DNA of 64,000 nucleotides from the NCBI GenBank assembly GCA_963678315.1, contig OY782781.1, forward strand, positions 2,272,001 through 2,336,000. Reading direction: 5' to 3'. Below, piece by piece: positions 39,809 through 50,423 of the stretch (its first letter is position 1; each line of letters begins with the position of its first letter). This DNA is from Candidatus Cloacimonadales bacterium. Lineage in GTDB: Bacteria; Cloacimonadota; Cloacimonadia; Cloacimonadales; JAFGVF01. The notes under the pieces were generated by a model that did not search any database, had not been told where the DNA came from, and saw nothing but the letters and a program-made list of their open reading frames with translations. The position numbers and the translations under genes are program-made.

Positions 39809-40264
39809 TTATATTGTTTTCAAATCATCAATTAAATACTTTTTATCATCTTTAGACGAAATTAACTCAGCTTGTTCCATAGCCTTATTTTTAAACTCAT
39901 CTACTTTTTCAGTATTATTTTTAATAGCATAAGCTCGAGCTATCGATTCATAAGCATAAGCAAGTTCAAATCCTTTTAAATCGTTATCTAAACAGATTTG
40001 CTCATTTCTGAAACCATGTCTTAACGCAGATTCATACATACCAAGCACAGCATAAACTCTAGCTATTTGCCATTCTCCGATTGAGAATTCTTTTGGTCCA
40101 CCAATTTGAAGCCAGTGGTATAAAGAAGCATGAGTCTTATGTATCATTAATAAATCTTCTTCTTCTGTTCGCTCTTCTTTGTCTAACAAAGTCCAAGTCT
40201 CGTTAAATAAATTTACCGCAAAATATTTGTGTATTTTGCTTATATCTTCTTTCTTTTCTGGCAT
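39809..40264 (-). CDS. Hypothetical helical (TPR-like) protein
   Basis: FNETW, HASLYHW, GEWQIARVY, AYESIARA; GGAGG RBS. Confidence 0.8.
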   Translation of the reverse strand: MPEKKEDISKIHKYFAVNLFNETWTLLDKEERTEEEDLLMIHKTHASLYHWLQIGGPKEFSIGEWQIARVYAVLGMYESALRHGFRNEQICLDNDLKGFELAYAYESIARAYAIKNNTEKVDEFKNKAMEQAELISSKDDKKYLIDDLKTI

Positions 40265-40282
40265 TTTTCCTCCAATACTTTT

Positions 40283-40310
40283 ATATTAAGTCTTTAACAA
40301 ATAATGTCAA
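40283..40310 (-). promoter_or_regulatory. Putative sigma70 promoter
   Basis: TTGACA-16-TAATAT upstream of GGAGG RBS. Confidence 0.45.
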
Positions 40311-40454
40311 TTAATTTTTACTTATATTCTGTAAAAATTACAAAATTTACTTGTATAGTAAATCATTTTCTCACTTTTTCTGTATATTCTCTATACATAA
40401 TCCAAGTTGATGGATTAGGCTTTAAAAAATAGTTCATTATTTGGGCAATAAAGG

Positions 40455-40513
40455 CCTTGCTTACTAGCCTCATTGAAAAAGAGCCGTTTTTTCAAGGTGG
40501 CAAGTAAGGATGA
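40455..40513. repeat. Palindromic intergenic repeat, copy 3
   Basis: CTTACTAGCCTCATTGAAAAA-GAGCCG-TTTTTTCAAGGTGGCAAGTAAGG. Confidence 0.85.
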
Positions 40514-40761
40514 AGTTTAGTTTTAAAATAGTTTTATAAAAATTAATTTCTTCTGGGACATGCATAAAAAAGTAATTTACTCTTTCCATAATATATTTAA
40601 TCTATTCATTGTTGAATGTTAAATTACTTGCTTTCTTTATCTTGTGTATATTTACTGTATATTGAAAGTTACTAAATAATCTTTTAAAAACTAATAAATA
40701 TTATGTTGACAATTTACTTAAAGCATTAATAATTGGATTGAGTTCAAATATGGAGTGAAAA

Positions 40762-41745
40762 ATGAGCAGAAAATTTGATAAGCGCAAGCGTATATTAGAA
40801 TTTTTAAGAGATTTGCAAGGTAAATGGGCATCAGGTCAAAAAATTGCAGATGAATTAAAAATTAGCAGAAATGGTGTTTCAAAACATGTTAAAATTCTTA
40901 GAGAAATGGGATATGAGATTGAAGCATCTACTAAAAAAGGTTATATGTATTTATCTGAGACAAAGAACTTGAATAAATACGAGATTGAATCAGATGACGA
41001 AGACAGAGTTATCGGTAAACAAGTTTTTTTACATAAGCAAGTAAGATCAACAAATAAAAGAGCTCAAATGATTTCAATGTCAGACGATATACATGAAGGT
41101 ACAGTAATCATAGCAGAACATCAATTATCTGGTCGTGGTAGGAGACGTTCAGTTTGGCCTACATTTGCTAAACAAGGTCTTTACTATTCTGTATTACTAT
41201 ATCCTGATTGTGTAGTCGAACAAACCCCAGGCATAATATTTGCTTTGGCATATTCAATTGTTGAAACAATCAAAGATCTTTATGAATTAGAAGATGTTAA
41301 ACTAGATTTACCTAATTCTATAACAATCAACGGCAAAAAAGTTGGTGGAATTCTTATCGATAATATAACTGAAGTCGAAGATGTTAAAACAACAATAGCT
41401 GGAGTCGGTATCTATACAACATTAGATAGAGAAGATGAGCAGACTCAAGGAAAATATTGCATATCTGACTTTTATAATGGTTTCATAAATAGAAACGACT
41501 TCATGAGCAAGTTGCTAGAAAATTTCGATAAAGAATATAAAATATTTAAAAATCAAGAAAATTTAAAAGAAAACACAGAAAGATGGTCAACCTGTGTTGA
41601 TCAGCTAAATAAAAAAGTTGATTTGATCCTACACCAAAGAACAGGTACTATTCTTGGTATGGATGAAAACTTCAAAATTAAGTTTGAAAACAGAAATGGA
41701 TACGTTGAACGTATTAGATACTACGAAATTGATATCAAACAATAA
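40762..41745 (+). CDS. birA: BirA-like wHTH + biotin-ligase-fold protein with degenerate active site
   Basis: SGQKIADELKISR..V.KHV, STN, GRGR, GKKVGGIL; KWPND replaced by DLPNS. Confidence 0.8.
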   Translation: MSRKFDKRKRILEFLRDLQGKWASGQKIADELKISRNGVSKHVKILREMGYEIEASTKKGYMYLSETKNLNKYEIESDDEDRVIGKQVFLHKQVRSTNKRAQMISMSDDIHEGTVIIAEHQLSGRGRRRSVWPTFAKQGLYYSVLLYPDCVVEQTPGIIFALAYSIVETIKDLYELEDVKLDLPNSITINGKKVGGILIDNITEVEDVKTTIAGVGIYTTLDREDEQTQGKYCISDFYNGFINRNDFMSKLLENFDKEYKIFKNQENLKENTERWSTCVDQLNKKVDLILHQRTGTILGMDENFKIKFENRNGYVERIRYYEIDIKQ

Positions 41746-41770
41746 ATAGCAAAATATAAGATAATTAGAT

Positions 41771-41810
41771 TAATGAGAAAATGTTGATAAATTTCAATAT
41801 TTTCTCATTA
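41771..41810 (+). terminator. 17-bp AT-rich hairpin downstream of birA-like gene
   Basis: TAATGAGAAAATGTTGA-6 nt-TCAATATTTTCTCATTA. Confidence 0.55.
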
Positions 41811-41953
41811 TATTATAGATATGATAATATAATTTTTTAAGCCTACCTTATTCATATAACTTCTAGAGCTTAGTGCAGATTCATTAGCATATAAGAAGAA
41901 TAGGAGTTTATTTGAGTGCTTAGTTGCTGGGCAAGTTATAATTGAGGTAAAGA

Positions 41954-42664
41954 ATGAGCTTTGTAATTTTAGATACAGAAACAACAGGTTTTGAGAAGAA
42001 CGATAGAATAATTCAATTAGCATTTATTGTGTTCGACGGAATGAATATTGAGCCATTTGAGGCCTTTTGTTCTACAGACACTCCGATTAATTTTTCAGCA
42101 ATGGCTGTTCATCATATTACTCCCGAAATGATAGAAGGAAAACCGAGATTGATAGATACTGAAGAATACCAATTTTTACAAGAACTGAATAGTTCAGATA
42201 ATTATCTTGTAATCCACAATGCTCCTTTTGATCTGGGAATGCTTGCAAAAGAAGGTTTTACTAATAATATGAAATTAATAGATACCTTGAAAGTGACACG
42301 TCATTTAGCACCTTCGCTAGAATCTCATGCTATGCAATATTTAAGATACCATAGAGGATTATATAAAGAAGAGAAAAGTGTTGAAGAAGCATTAGGTATT
42401 TCTATTAAAGCACATGATGCAATGGGAGATATTGTTGTTTTATACCTCCTATTAAAGCGTCTGTTAGAAAGTAAATCCCCTGATGAGTTAGTCGATATTA
42501 CTAGCAAACCTAACTTAAATAATAAAATTAGATTCGGTAAGTATAAAGGCAAGAAAATTTCTGAAATTGCTAAAACAGATAGAGCGTATCTTGAGTGGAT
42601 TATTAACAATTTGCAGGATTTAGATGCAGAAACAAAATATGCTATAGATTACTTCTTACAGTAA
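41954..42664 (+). CDS. DEDDh 3'-5' exonuclease (ExoX-like) with C-terminal FGKYKG domain
   Basis: DTETTG, HNAPFD, HDAMGD, RFGKYKG...YLEW. Confidence 0.9.
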   Translation: MSFVILDTETTGFEKNDRIIQLAFIVFDGMNIEPFEAFCSTDTPINFSAMAVHHITPEMIEGKPRLIDTEEYQFLQELNSSDNYLVIHNAPFDLGMLAKEGFTNNMKLIDTLKVTRHLAPSLESHAMQYLRYHRGLYKEEKSVEEALGISIKAHDAMGDIVVLYLLLKRLLESKSPDELVDITSKPNLNNKIRFGKYKGKKISEIAKTDRAYLEWIINNLQDLDAETKYAIDYFLQ

Positions 42665-42739
42665 TAACTTAAATATTGACATATATACGCACTGCGTGTT
42701 TTTGACTTAGTAAAATAAATTCATAAATTTGGAGTTAAA

Positions 42740-44638
42740 ATGTATTTTTCTTTCGATGAAGCAACTGTTCAAAAGCTTAGTAAAGTTTCAAATGATGCCA
42801 GAGCTAGTATTTTAAAGATGACAACATTAGCTATGTCTGGACATCCAGGTGGTTCAATGTCAACAATTGATAGCTTACTAGCAGTCTATGAAGTTGCTAA
42901 TATTAACCCAGAAAACTATAAAGATGATTCTAGAGATTATATCGTTGTAAGTAACGGGCACGTTTCCCCTGCTGTATATTCAGCTCTTTCATACAAAGGC
43001 TTCTTTAATATTGATGATGCAATTTCTCAATTTAGATTAGCTGGTAGTATTTTTGAAGGACACATAGAAAGAACTGTTCCAGGGGTTGAATGGGGTACTG
43101 GAAATTTAGGTCAAGGACTATCAACAGCTTGTGGTTTTGCCTTAGCTTCAAAACTTAAAGAAATAGATAATCAAGTTTATGTATTTATGGGAGACGGCGA
43201 ACAACAAAAAGGTCAAATCAGTGAAGCAAGAAGATTTGCTGTCAAATTTGGACTTTCTAATATTACAGTTATTGTTGATTATAATCAACTTCAAATTTCA
43301 GGAGATATCAAAGAAGTAATGCCTCAAGATATCAGAGACAATTTTATTGCTGATGGTTGGGAAGTTATCGAGATTGATGGACACGACTTTTATGAAATAG
43401 CTAACGCCTTGAATGATGCAAAAGAAAGTGATTCTCCAGTAATGATTTTAGCTAATACTGTAATGGGTAAAAATGTTTCATTTATGGAGAATATTGCAGG
43501 TTATCACGGCGCACCACTAAATGAAGAACAACTAGCTGAAGCATTAAAAGAACTTAATCTAGAAAATAATCTTGAAGAGTTGAAAGAACTTAGAGCTAAT
43601 TTCGTAAGTTCAAAACATCAAAATGTTAATAACTTCATTTCTAAACTAGAAATCCCTCAAGCTATTACTTATCAAGAGAAAACTGATAATCGTTCTGCAT
43701 GGGGAAATGCTCTGGTTAATATCGAAAAAGTAAATAGCAACTCAGAAACTCCAATAGTAGTATTTGACTGTGATTTAGCTGGTTCTGTAAAAACAGCTGG
43801 ATTTGCTAAACAAGCTCCTGAAAGATTCATTCAATCAGGAATTATGGAACATAACACTTCAGTTGTTGCAGGAGCATTATCTACTTGTAACTTCCAAACA
43901 TTCTGGGCTGACTTTGGTGTGTTCGGAATAGATGAAGTATATAATATGCACCGTTTAACTGATATAAATCAAGGTAACTTAAAAGTTGCAGTAACTCACG
44001 TTGGATTAGATGTGGGTGAAGATGGTAAAACTCATCAATGTATCGATTATATTGGTCTTATGCGTAATGTATATGGCTTTGAAGTAATAGTACCTGCTGA
44101 CCCTAATCAAACTGATAGAGCAGTAAGATATATGGCTTCTCAACCTGGTAATGCTGTAATTGCAATGGGACGTTCAAAAATGTCTCCTATAACAGATGCA
44201 AATGGTAACATCGCTTTTGGCAATGATTATACTTTTGAATATGGTAAAGCTGATAAACTACGAGAAGGTTCTGATGGAGCTATTTTTGCTACTGGTACCT
44301 TAGTTTCAAATGCACTTGCTGTTGCAGATGAATTAAAGGAACAAGGAATAAATCTTCAAGTTTGGAACATCTCTTCCCCACTAGCAATTGATATTGATGC
44401 CTTAAAACAAGCTAGCGAAACTAAAAAACTATTTACAGTAGAAGATCATAATGTTTATTCAGGTCTTGGACTTTCTATTGCTGAAGCTTTAGTTGAAAAT
44501 CAATTAACTAGTAAGTTAGTTAAGTTTGGAGTTGAAAATTATGCTATTTCTGGTAAGTCAGATGATGTATTTAAACATTGTGGACTAGATATTTCTTCTC
44601 TCAAACACAGAATACAAAAGGAATTAAATGAAATCTAA
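42740..44638 (+). CDS. tkt: Transketolase
   Basis: SGHPGGS, SNGH, TGNLGQG, GDGE, DGKTHQ. Confidence 0.93.
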   Translation: MYFSFDEATVQKLSKVSNDARASILKMTTLAMSGHPGGSMSTIDSLLAVYEVANINPENYKDDSRDYIVVSNGHVSPAVYSALSYKGFFNIDDAISQFRLAGSIFEGHIERTVPGVEWGTGNLGQGLSTACGFALASKLKEIDNQVYVFMGDGEQQKGQISEARRFAVKFGLSNITVIVDYNQLQISGDIKEVMPQDIRDNFIADGWEVIEIDGHDFYEIANALNDAKESDSPVMILANTVMGKNVSFMENIAGYHGAPLNEEQLAEALKELNLENNLEELKELRANFVSSKHQNVNNFISKLEIPQAITYQEKTDNRSAWGNALVNIEKVNSNSETPIVVFDCDLAGSVKTAGFAKQAPERFIQSGIMEHNTSVVAGALSTCNFQTFWADFGVFGIDEVYNMHRLTDINQGNLKVAVTHVGLDVGEDGKTHQCIDYIGLMRNVYGFEVIVPADPNQTDRAVRYMASQPGNAVIAMGRSKMSPITDANGNIAFGNDYTFEYGKADKLREGSDGAIFATGTLVSNALAVADELKEQGINLQVWNISSPLAIDIDALKQASETKKLFTVEDHNVYSGLGLSIAEALVENQLTSKLVKFGVENYAISGKSDDVFKHCGLDISSLKHRIQKELNEI

Positions 44639-45551
44639 ATTCGATATAAGGATACCTGTATTATTCCTTATAATTGCTATTTTTGGATGTGGTTCTAGTA
44701 AAACTCTAAAACCTCAAGTAGAAGATAATTTTCCTGAACTTCCAGAAAATATTTTTCAAGTTGCAACTTGGAATATTGAAGCTTTTCCAAAGCAAGGTAC
44801 TTCTACACTTAATATTCTTCAAAATACTATAGAAGATATGAGTTTTGATATAATTGCAGTTCAAGAGATTAATGACACAGATGAGCTAGAAGTTCTAGAT
44901 AATATGTTGAATGATTACTCCTGTATTGCGAGTTACCCTCATTCACCCAATAGTGAATATTATAATCCTGTAGTTGGTTATATTATTAATGATAATACAG
45001 TAACTGTAAATAGATCTTATAAGATATTTACACAAGATAGTAGACTGTTTCCTAGAACACCGTATCTTATTGATTTAGTTTGGAATGACCAAGAGATAAC
45101 TATAATCAATTTACATTTAAAGGCCTCTGGTGATAATATTATTGATTATAATGACGAATGGGATGAGGAATTACGTAGATTACAAGCACTTGATACATTG
45201 CACGATTACATCGAAAATGAATTAGCTGATCGTAATGTTATTGTTGTTGGCGATATGAATGATGAAATTCAAGATAGTAATGCAACAAATGTCTTTACAA
45301 GTTTTATAAATGATAGTAATTATGTATTTGCTGATGATGCTATGGTTCAAGATATAGATAACTATTCTTATCCGGGTTGGCCATCACATTTAGATCATAT
45401 TATTTTGAGTAATGAATTACATGATGAGTTTAATAATGAAAATTCTGATTGCTATACGATAAAAATTGATAATATTATAAATGGATATGAAAGCCTGGTT
45501 TCTGATCATAGACCAGTATTACTAAACCTATACTTTAATATGGAGAAATAA
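44628..45551 (+). CDS. Endonuclease/exonuclease/phosphatase-family lipoprotein
   Basis: Lipobox IFGC, TWNIE, VQE, HLKA, GDMN, LDHI, SDHRPV. Confidence 0.9.
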   Translation: MKSKFDIRIPVLFLIIAIFGCGSSKTLKPQVEDNFPELPENIFQVATWNIEAFPKQGTSTLNILQNTIEDMSFDIIAVQEINDTDELEVLDNMLNDYSCIASYPHSPNSEYYNPVVGYIINDNTVTVNRSYKIFTQDSRLFPRTPYLIDLVWNDQEITIINLHLKASGDNIIDYNDEWDEELRRLQALDTLHDYIENELADRNVIVVGDMNDEIQDSNATNVFTSFINDSNYVFADDAMVQDIDNYSYPGWPSHLDHIILSNELHDEFNNENSDCYTIKIDNIINGYESLVSDHRPVLLNLYFNMEK

Positions 45552-45910
45552 TGAATAGAAACGTATTAGTAGTAGATGATGACCAATTATTAAGAGAAGT
45601 TGTGGGAGAATACCTAGCAAAAAATGGTTTTAATGTAGAAACTCCTGATACCGCTATCGATGCTTTGCAAGATTTTACTGTCGGTAAATATGACTTAGCA
45701 GTTATCGATTTGGTTATGCCTGATATGGGTGGAATTGAATTGATGGAATCACTAATCTCTAAAGATCCTAACTTAAAGATAGTTATTATGACAGGATATC
45801 CAACTGTAGATAGTGCTTACAAAGCAATGGTAGATGGAGTAGCTGAATACATTATTAAGCCTTTTAGAATGAAAGAATTACTTGAGGTAGTTAATAGCTT
45901 ACTTAACTAA
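45551..45910 (+). CDS. Stand-alone response-regulator receiver
   Basis: LVVDDD, DLVMP, MTG, KPF. Confidence 0.93.
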   Translation: MNRNVLVVDDDQLLREVVGEYLAKNGFNVETPDTAIDALQDFTVGKYDLAVIDLVMPDMGGIELMESLISKDPNLKIVIMTGYPTVDSAYKAMVDGVAEYIIKPFRMKELLEVVNSLLN

Positions 45911-45913
45911 TTA

Positions 45914-46840
45914 ATGAAAATAAGAATTAAATATGTTAAAATATCTGAGATAGGACAATATATTGTTCCAACAAATGTTTTCCTAAATCCAAACTTATTA
46001 AGCTTATTAAATAAGTATTTTAACTATAATATACATTATCTTGTAGCAATTGATGCAGATAGTTCTAACACACTATCTGCTTTTGCTATTTATGAAAAAT
46101 CTATTTTGCGAATAGCTAATATATTCAAACCTCAAATAGTTTATTATCAACCTATAGAATATTATCTACCAGAAAAAAAATGCCCAAACCAGAATGAGTT
46201 AATTAAATTAGACATTCAGAAAAGTTACGCCAAGTACATCTCCAAAAACTATTTGAAAGTACATTTCAATCTAGCACCAGAGAATGATGATGTTCGAGGT
46301 TTCCTTTGGTCTGGTTTAAAGGCTTCCCCTTTCTATACTTACTTATTTGATTTAAAACATTACAGTATTGATAGCTATTTTAAAAAACAACGAACTTCTT
46401 TGCGTAAAGGGATAAGTCAAAATTACTCAATCACAAGCAAACCTATGCTCAAAGATTTCTTTTCTTTATCTGAAAAAACTAAAGAAAGATCTAAGTGGAA
46501 TTTTAATTTTAATGAAGACAAACTTAGTGGATTACTTTATGAATTGATAGAAAAGAAACTTGCAGTGCAATATAATTTCTGTAGCTCAGAAAATAAGCTA
46601 CTTGCAAGTATGATATGTTTGATGGATAAAAATAATAAGATAGTGTATGCATGGCTTAGCACCAGTTCCCCAGATGAAATGTCCAATGGGATTACCCCAT
46701 TCATGTTCCACTCAATAATAGATTATATAAAGAAAGATTATGATTATTTTGACTTATGTGGTGCTAACACTGAAACAATAGCTAGATTTAAAGCTTCCTT
46801 CGGCACAATATTAAAACCATTTTATAGAATTTCAATATAA
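45914..46840 (+). CDS. GNAT/FemAB-like protein
   Basis: YTY..DL, RTSLRK, FDLCGAN..IARFKASFG. Confidence 0.8.
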   Translation: MKIRIKYVKISEIGQYIVPTNVFLNPNLLSLLNKYFNYNIHYLVAIDADSSNTLSAFAIYEKSILRIANIFKPQIVYYQPIEYYLPEKKCPNQNELIKLDIQKSYAKYISKNYLKVHFNLAPENDDVRGFLWSGLKASPFYTYLFDLKHYSIDSYFKKQRTSLRKGISQNYSITSKPMLKDFFSLSEKTKERSKWNFNFNEDKLSGLLYELIEKKLAVQYNFCSSENKLLASMICLMDKNNKIVYAWLSTSSPDEMSNGITPFMFHSIIDYIKKDYDYFDLCGANTETIARFKASFGTILKPFYRISI

Positions 46841-46856
46841 AAAAATTTCCTCAATA

Positions 46857-48452
46857 TTAATTAAGCTTCAATTTCTTTCTCATAAACCCAACTAATTGCT
46901 TCTTCTCCCATGACTCGAAACCAATAAGATAGAAGACAACTAAGAAGATAACAGCTGATATTGAAGAATTTAATAGTATTATCCAAATGTTTGAAGGTGG
47001 TATTAAAAAGTATAATGCTACTGCGATAGTTAAATAAACAGTACCAGCAATATGTGTTTTCAAAATAGATGTTTTGAAGAATTCTTTAAATGATGTTTCA
47101 CAGAATTTTACAGCTATTGGAATATTAAAAACTAGAGCTAATATAACATTCGGAATTAATGTTCCTAATGCTACACCAATTATATTGAAATTAGGATAAT
47201 TATCAAAGTTATAACCAAAATAACCTACAATGTTGTCTAACTTATGGATTAAGTAAACACTTATCACAAAGTTAGCTAAACACTCAATAACTGCAATTTT
47301 TGTAAGCTTCTTTTGTTCATTTGCCATTAATAACATATATACAGATGTTGATCTATAAAATAATAAAACAAACATTGATATTAATAGTATCACAGCCACA
47401 ATAACACCGATAATATCATCTAAATCAAGCCATATATTCAGAAGAGGTTTAACATATACTAACAATGGAATTAAAAATAAAGTAGAAATAACACCCATCA
47501 ATCGAGTAGACTGAATCATTATCTCTGCCATTTTACTTTTATTACCAGCAGCAAATAAAGTAGCAGATACTGGTCCTAAATTATCTAGGAATTGTTTTGA
47601 AAAAGATCTAAAAGTTTCAGCTAATCTTGAAGATATCTGATACACAGCAACCAGAGCAACAGAGCCGAAAATAGATATTACAAGCTGGTCTGTTCTGAAT
47701 ATGATTAAATTAGTAAATGTAATCAAATATGCATACATAGAAAAACTCATTACAGATTTGAGTAATTTCCTATCATAGTATTTCCATCTTATCTGCAAGT
47801 TTGGTAGAAGCTTATGTGAAATTATACCCATTGAGATGGAAGATATAAAATTTGTACCTATAGCTGTCAGAGCCATCCAAATCAAGGGTTTATCCATTTT
47901 GAAGAAATATACAATCAACATCATACCAACAAAATTGAGTACTGAGACAAAAATTTCAACAATATTTCTTAAATGTAAAGCTTGCATACCTCTCAATATC
48001 TCAGTGAAAAAACCAATAGGAAAAACTATCGACGTACCAATTCCGAAGACTAACAAGGCTTTACGATAGTAAGGAAGATTTTCTACATCAAAAGAAAAAA
48101 TATGATCTAAATTAAAAGCCAAAATAACACTTGCAATAATTATTATTACTGAAACAAAACTATAATTAAAGAAAACGGTTGAAACAATTTTATTGAACTT
48201 AAGCCAGTCTTTAGTAACAACAGCTTCTGAAGTATATTTCTGAATAGATGCTCCAAAACCAAAATCTAAAAGAAGAGAATAACCAAAGATAGACCACAAT
48301 AAAGCCCAAAAGCCATAATCAGATTTATCAAGTCCAAGGAATAATATTCTTGTTAAAAATATAGTAATCATCATTCCAATTATTAACTTGCCATAATTGG
48401 ACATGGTATTGATTATCATTCTTTTTCTTAGATTTAAGTTTGCATCATTCAT
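46857..48452 (-). CDS. Wzx-type oligosaccharide flippase
   Basis: Many TMs, YGFWAL..LLDFGF, RTDQLVI; EPS context. Confidence 0.88.
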   Translation of the reverse strand: MNDANLNLRKRMIINTMSNYGKLIIGMMITIFLTRILFLGLDKSDYGFWALLWSIFGYSLLLDFGFGASIQKYTSEAVVTKDWLKFNKIVSTVFFNYSFVSVIIIIASVILAFNLDHIFSFDVENLPYYRKALLVFGIGTSIVFPIGFFTEILRGMQALHLRNIVEIFVSVLNFVGMMLIVYFFKMDKPLIWMALTAIGTNFISSISMGIISHKLLPNLQIRWKYYDRKLLKSVMSFSMYAYLITFTNLIIFRTDQLVISIFGSVALVAVYQISSRLAETFRSFSKQFLDNLGPVSATLFAAGNKSKMAEIMIQSTRLMGVISTLFLIPLLVYVKPLLNIWLDLDDIIGVIVAVILLISMFVLLFYRSTSVYMLLMANEQKKLTKIAVIECLANFVISVYLIHKLDNIVGYFGYNFDNYPNFNIIGVALGTLIPNVILALVFNIPIAVKFCETSFKEFFKTSILKTHIAGTVYLTIAVALYFLIPPSNIWIILLNSSISAVIFLVVFYLIGFESWEKKQLVGFMRKKLKLN

Positions 48453-49266
48453 CTGTTTTCAAAACCTCATTTCTTTCTTCCATTGTTTTAATATTACGTT
48501 TATCATAATATAACTCAAAAATAACTGACCTACTAGCTTGGTATTCTAAAGGCTGTTCATCTTCATTATATATTAATGATTCACCAAGTGCTTTAGTAAT
48601 TATCCTATCTGACCTAACTCCACGTCTTACAAGATAATTAGCTACTTCTTTAGCTCTATCAAGAGATAGTTTAATATTGTAATCATCACTACCACGAACA
48701 TCTGCTGATCCTACTATATCAATATAAAACTCTCTTTTCTGTTTTAAGAAGCTAGCAAGTAACTTAAGTTTATGTTTTTGATCGGCTCTAATATCAATTT
48801 CATCTAAATCAAAAAATATTGTTGGTGTAGTATAATAATCAATTTTATCAACATAGATTGTATCATGTTCTATCTGGATTATTGGCTCTCTTTTCTTAGG
48901 AGGTTTAATTTTATCATCATCATCATCTTTAAATTCAAAAGCAGGCTTCTCATTCATATATATGGTCATTGTCTCGGGTATTGGAGGACATGATAAAAAT
49001 ATATTTTGAGTAAATTGATTAGGATAAATAGGCACTGCTTTTACGTTAATCATTCTCTTTTCAGAATACATTAAATCTGTTCTAAATGGTGTTTCCCCTA
49101 CTCGTCTTCCATTAATATAAACCATTGCTTCTGTAGGTTCAGAACGAACTAGTATTTCTTGTTTGAATACACCCTTAGGAATATCTATAGACTCTCTGTA
49201 CTTAGTACAGGAAGTTAAAACTATCATAGCAATAAAAAACCACACACTTAACTTAATTACTTTCAA
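48445..49266 (-). CDS. PEGA + OmpA-C lipoprotein
   Basis: Lipobox LTSC; VRSEP.EAMVYING...GETP; GSADVRG...N..LSLDRA. Start placed at TTG 49266 after GAGG. Confidence 0.85.
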   Translation of the reverse strand: MKVIKLSVWFFIAMIVLTSCTKYRESIDIPKGVFKQEILVRSEPTEAMVYINGRRVGETPFRTDLMYSEKRMINVKAVPIYPNQFTQNIFLSCPPIPETMTIYMNEKPAFEFKDDDDDKIKPPKKREPIIQIEHDTIYVDKIDYYTTPTIFFDLDEIDIRADQKHKLKLLASFLKQKREFYIDIVGSADVRGSDDYNIKLSLDRAKEVANYLVRRGVRSDRIITKALGESLIYNEDEQPLEYQASRSVIFELYYDKRNIKTMEERNEVLKTDE

Positions 49267-49276
49267 AATTACCTCG

Positions 49277-50419
49277 CTAGGATTTACATATTTCCTTAAT
49301 GATATCATGTCTCTTCTTATGTATAACATTAATATCATACTTATCTTTAATTGTGTCAAGACTATTAATTGACATTTTTATTCTAAGCTCTTTATCTTTG
49401 ATAAGAGCTGATAAAGAATCAACCCATTCACTTTGATTATCAGGACTGCATTTAAAGCCATTATATCCATTTATAACAATATCACCAGGTCCGAAACGAT
49501 CTACTGTTACAACAGGAAGTCCCCATGACATAGCCTCGATAGCTACTCTCCCAAATCCCTCTTTGGCTAATGTTGGAAACAAAAAAACATCGTGTTTATC
49601 ATATTCACTATCTAATGGATAAACCATGCCTTTAAAGTGTACTTTATCACTTAAGTTTAGCTTTCTACAACTACTTTTAACTTCATTAACATAGCTTTCA
49701 TCCCCGGAACCATAAACATCTAATGTCCAATTAGTATTGCTTACTTGGCTCAAGGATTCCAAGATAAATTCTAAGCCCTTTAATGGTTCAATTCTACTAG
49801 CATACATTAATCTAACGTTAGCATTATCATTCTTGCTAGAAACTGTCTTATTTATAGCTACACCCCTTGGTATAACATAAACATCTCTAGATAAATGATT
49901 GTTAACAACAATTTCCCTCATCCATTCAGACAATATTACTACTGGATTCAAAACAAGTGTACCTTCTATAAAAGAAGGTATCAACCTCTTTATTATAGAC
50001 TTAATCTTATTAGAGAATCCGCTTCTTTTGTACTTCTCAGGCCAAATATCACCAATATCGAATAAGTGTTTAATACCCATTTTCTTGACTGCTAAGTATG
50101 GAGCTAATGAGATATATTGCTGATTCCAAAAATAAACTATATCTGGTCTAATTTCTTTAAGCAACTCAACCGTTGTATTGTAATTAATTTTTTCTACTCT
50201 GCATTTGTCGAAGTAGGAACCATTGGTATAATCAATGTATTTTAATTGCCTTCTCACATCGTAATTAGGTTCATCTTTGTTACCTTCTTTATAATCCCCT
50301 GCTAGAACAGTAACATCTTCAGAATGATTATAAAGGTAATCAGTCATAGCTTTGCAAGAAAGTTCATACCCACCTTTAAAATAAGGAGGGAAATAATTAC
50401 TAATAACCAATATTTTCAT
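49277..50419 (-). CDS. Glycosyltransferase family 4
   Basis: SNYFPP..GGYE, RIEPLKG, EGFGRVAIEAM. Confidence 0.92.
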   Translation of the reverse strand: MKILVISNYFPPYFKGGYELSCKAMTDYLYNHSEDVTVLAGDYKEGNKDEPNYDVRRQLKYIDYTNGSYFDKCRVEKINYNTTVELLKEIRPDIVYFWNQQYISLAPYLAVKKMGIKHLFDIGDIWPEKYKRSGFSNKIKSIIKRLIPSFIEGTLVLNPVVILSEWMREIVVNNHLSRDVYVIPRGVAINKTVSSKNDNANVRLMYASRIEPLKGLEFILESLSQVSNTNWTLDVYGSGDESYVNEVKSSCRKLNLSDKVHFKGMVYPLDSEYDKHDVFLFPTLAKEGFGRVAIEAMSWGLPVVTVDRFGPGDIVINGYNGFKCSPDNQSEWVDSLSALIKDKELRIKMSINSLDTIKDKYDINVIHKKRHDIIKEICKS

Positions 50420-50423
50420 AGAA

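Noticed and set aside
1891..40513. Palindromic repeats as CRISPR repeats
   Set aside because: Dispersed single copies with no spacers and no cas genes
41836..41935. Possible purine riboswitch or ncRNA (TCATATAA start) upstream of the exonuclease
   Set aside because: Lacks the TTTCTAC and CCGTAAA core; pairing is weak; would need an Rfam scan
42676..42697. TTGACA plus ACGCA-C-TGCGT palindrome upstream of tkt
   Set aside because: No good -10 at 17 nt; the palindrome is short and I saw it only once
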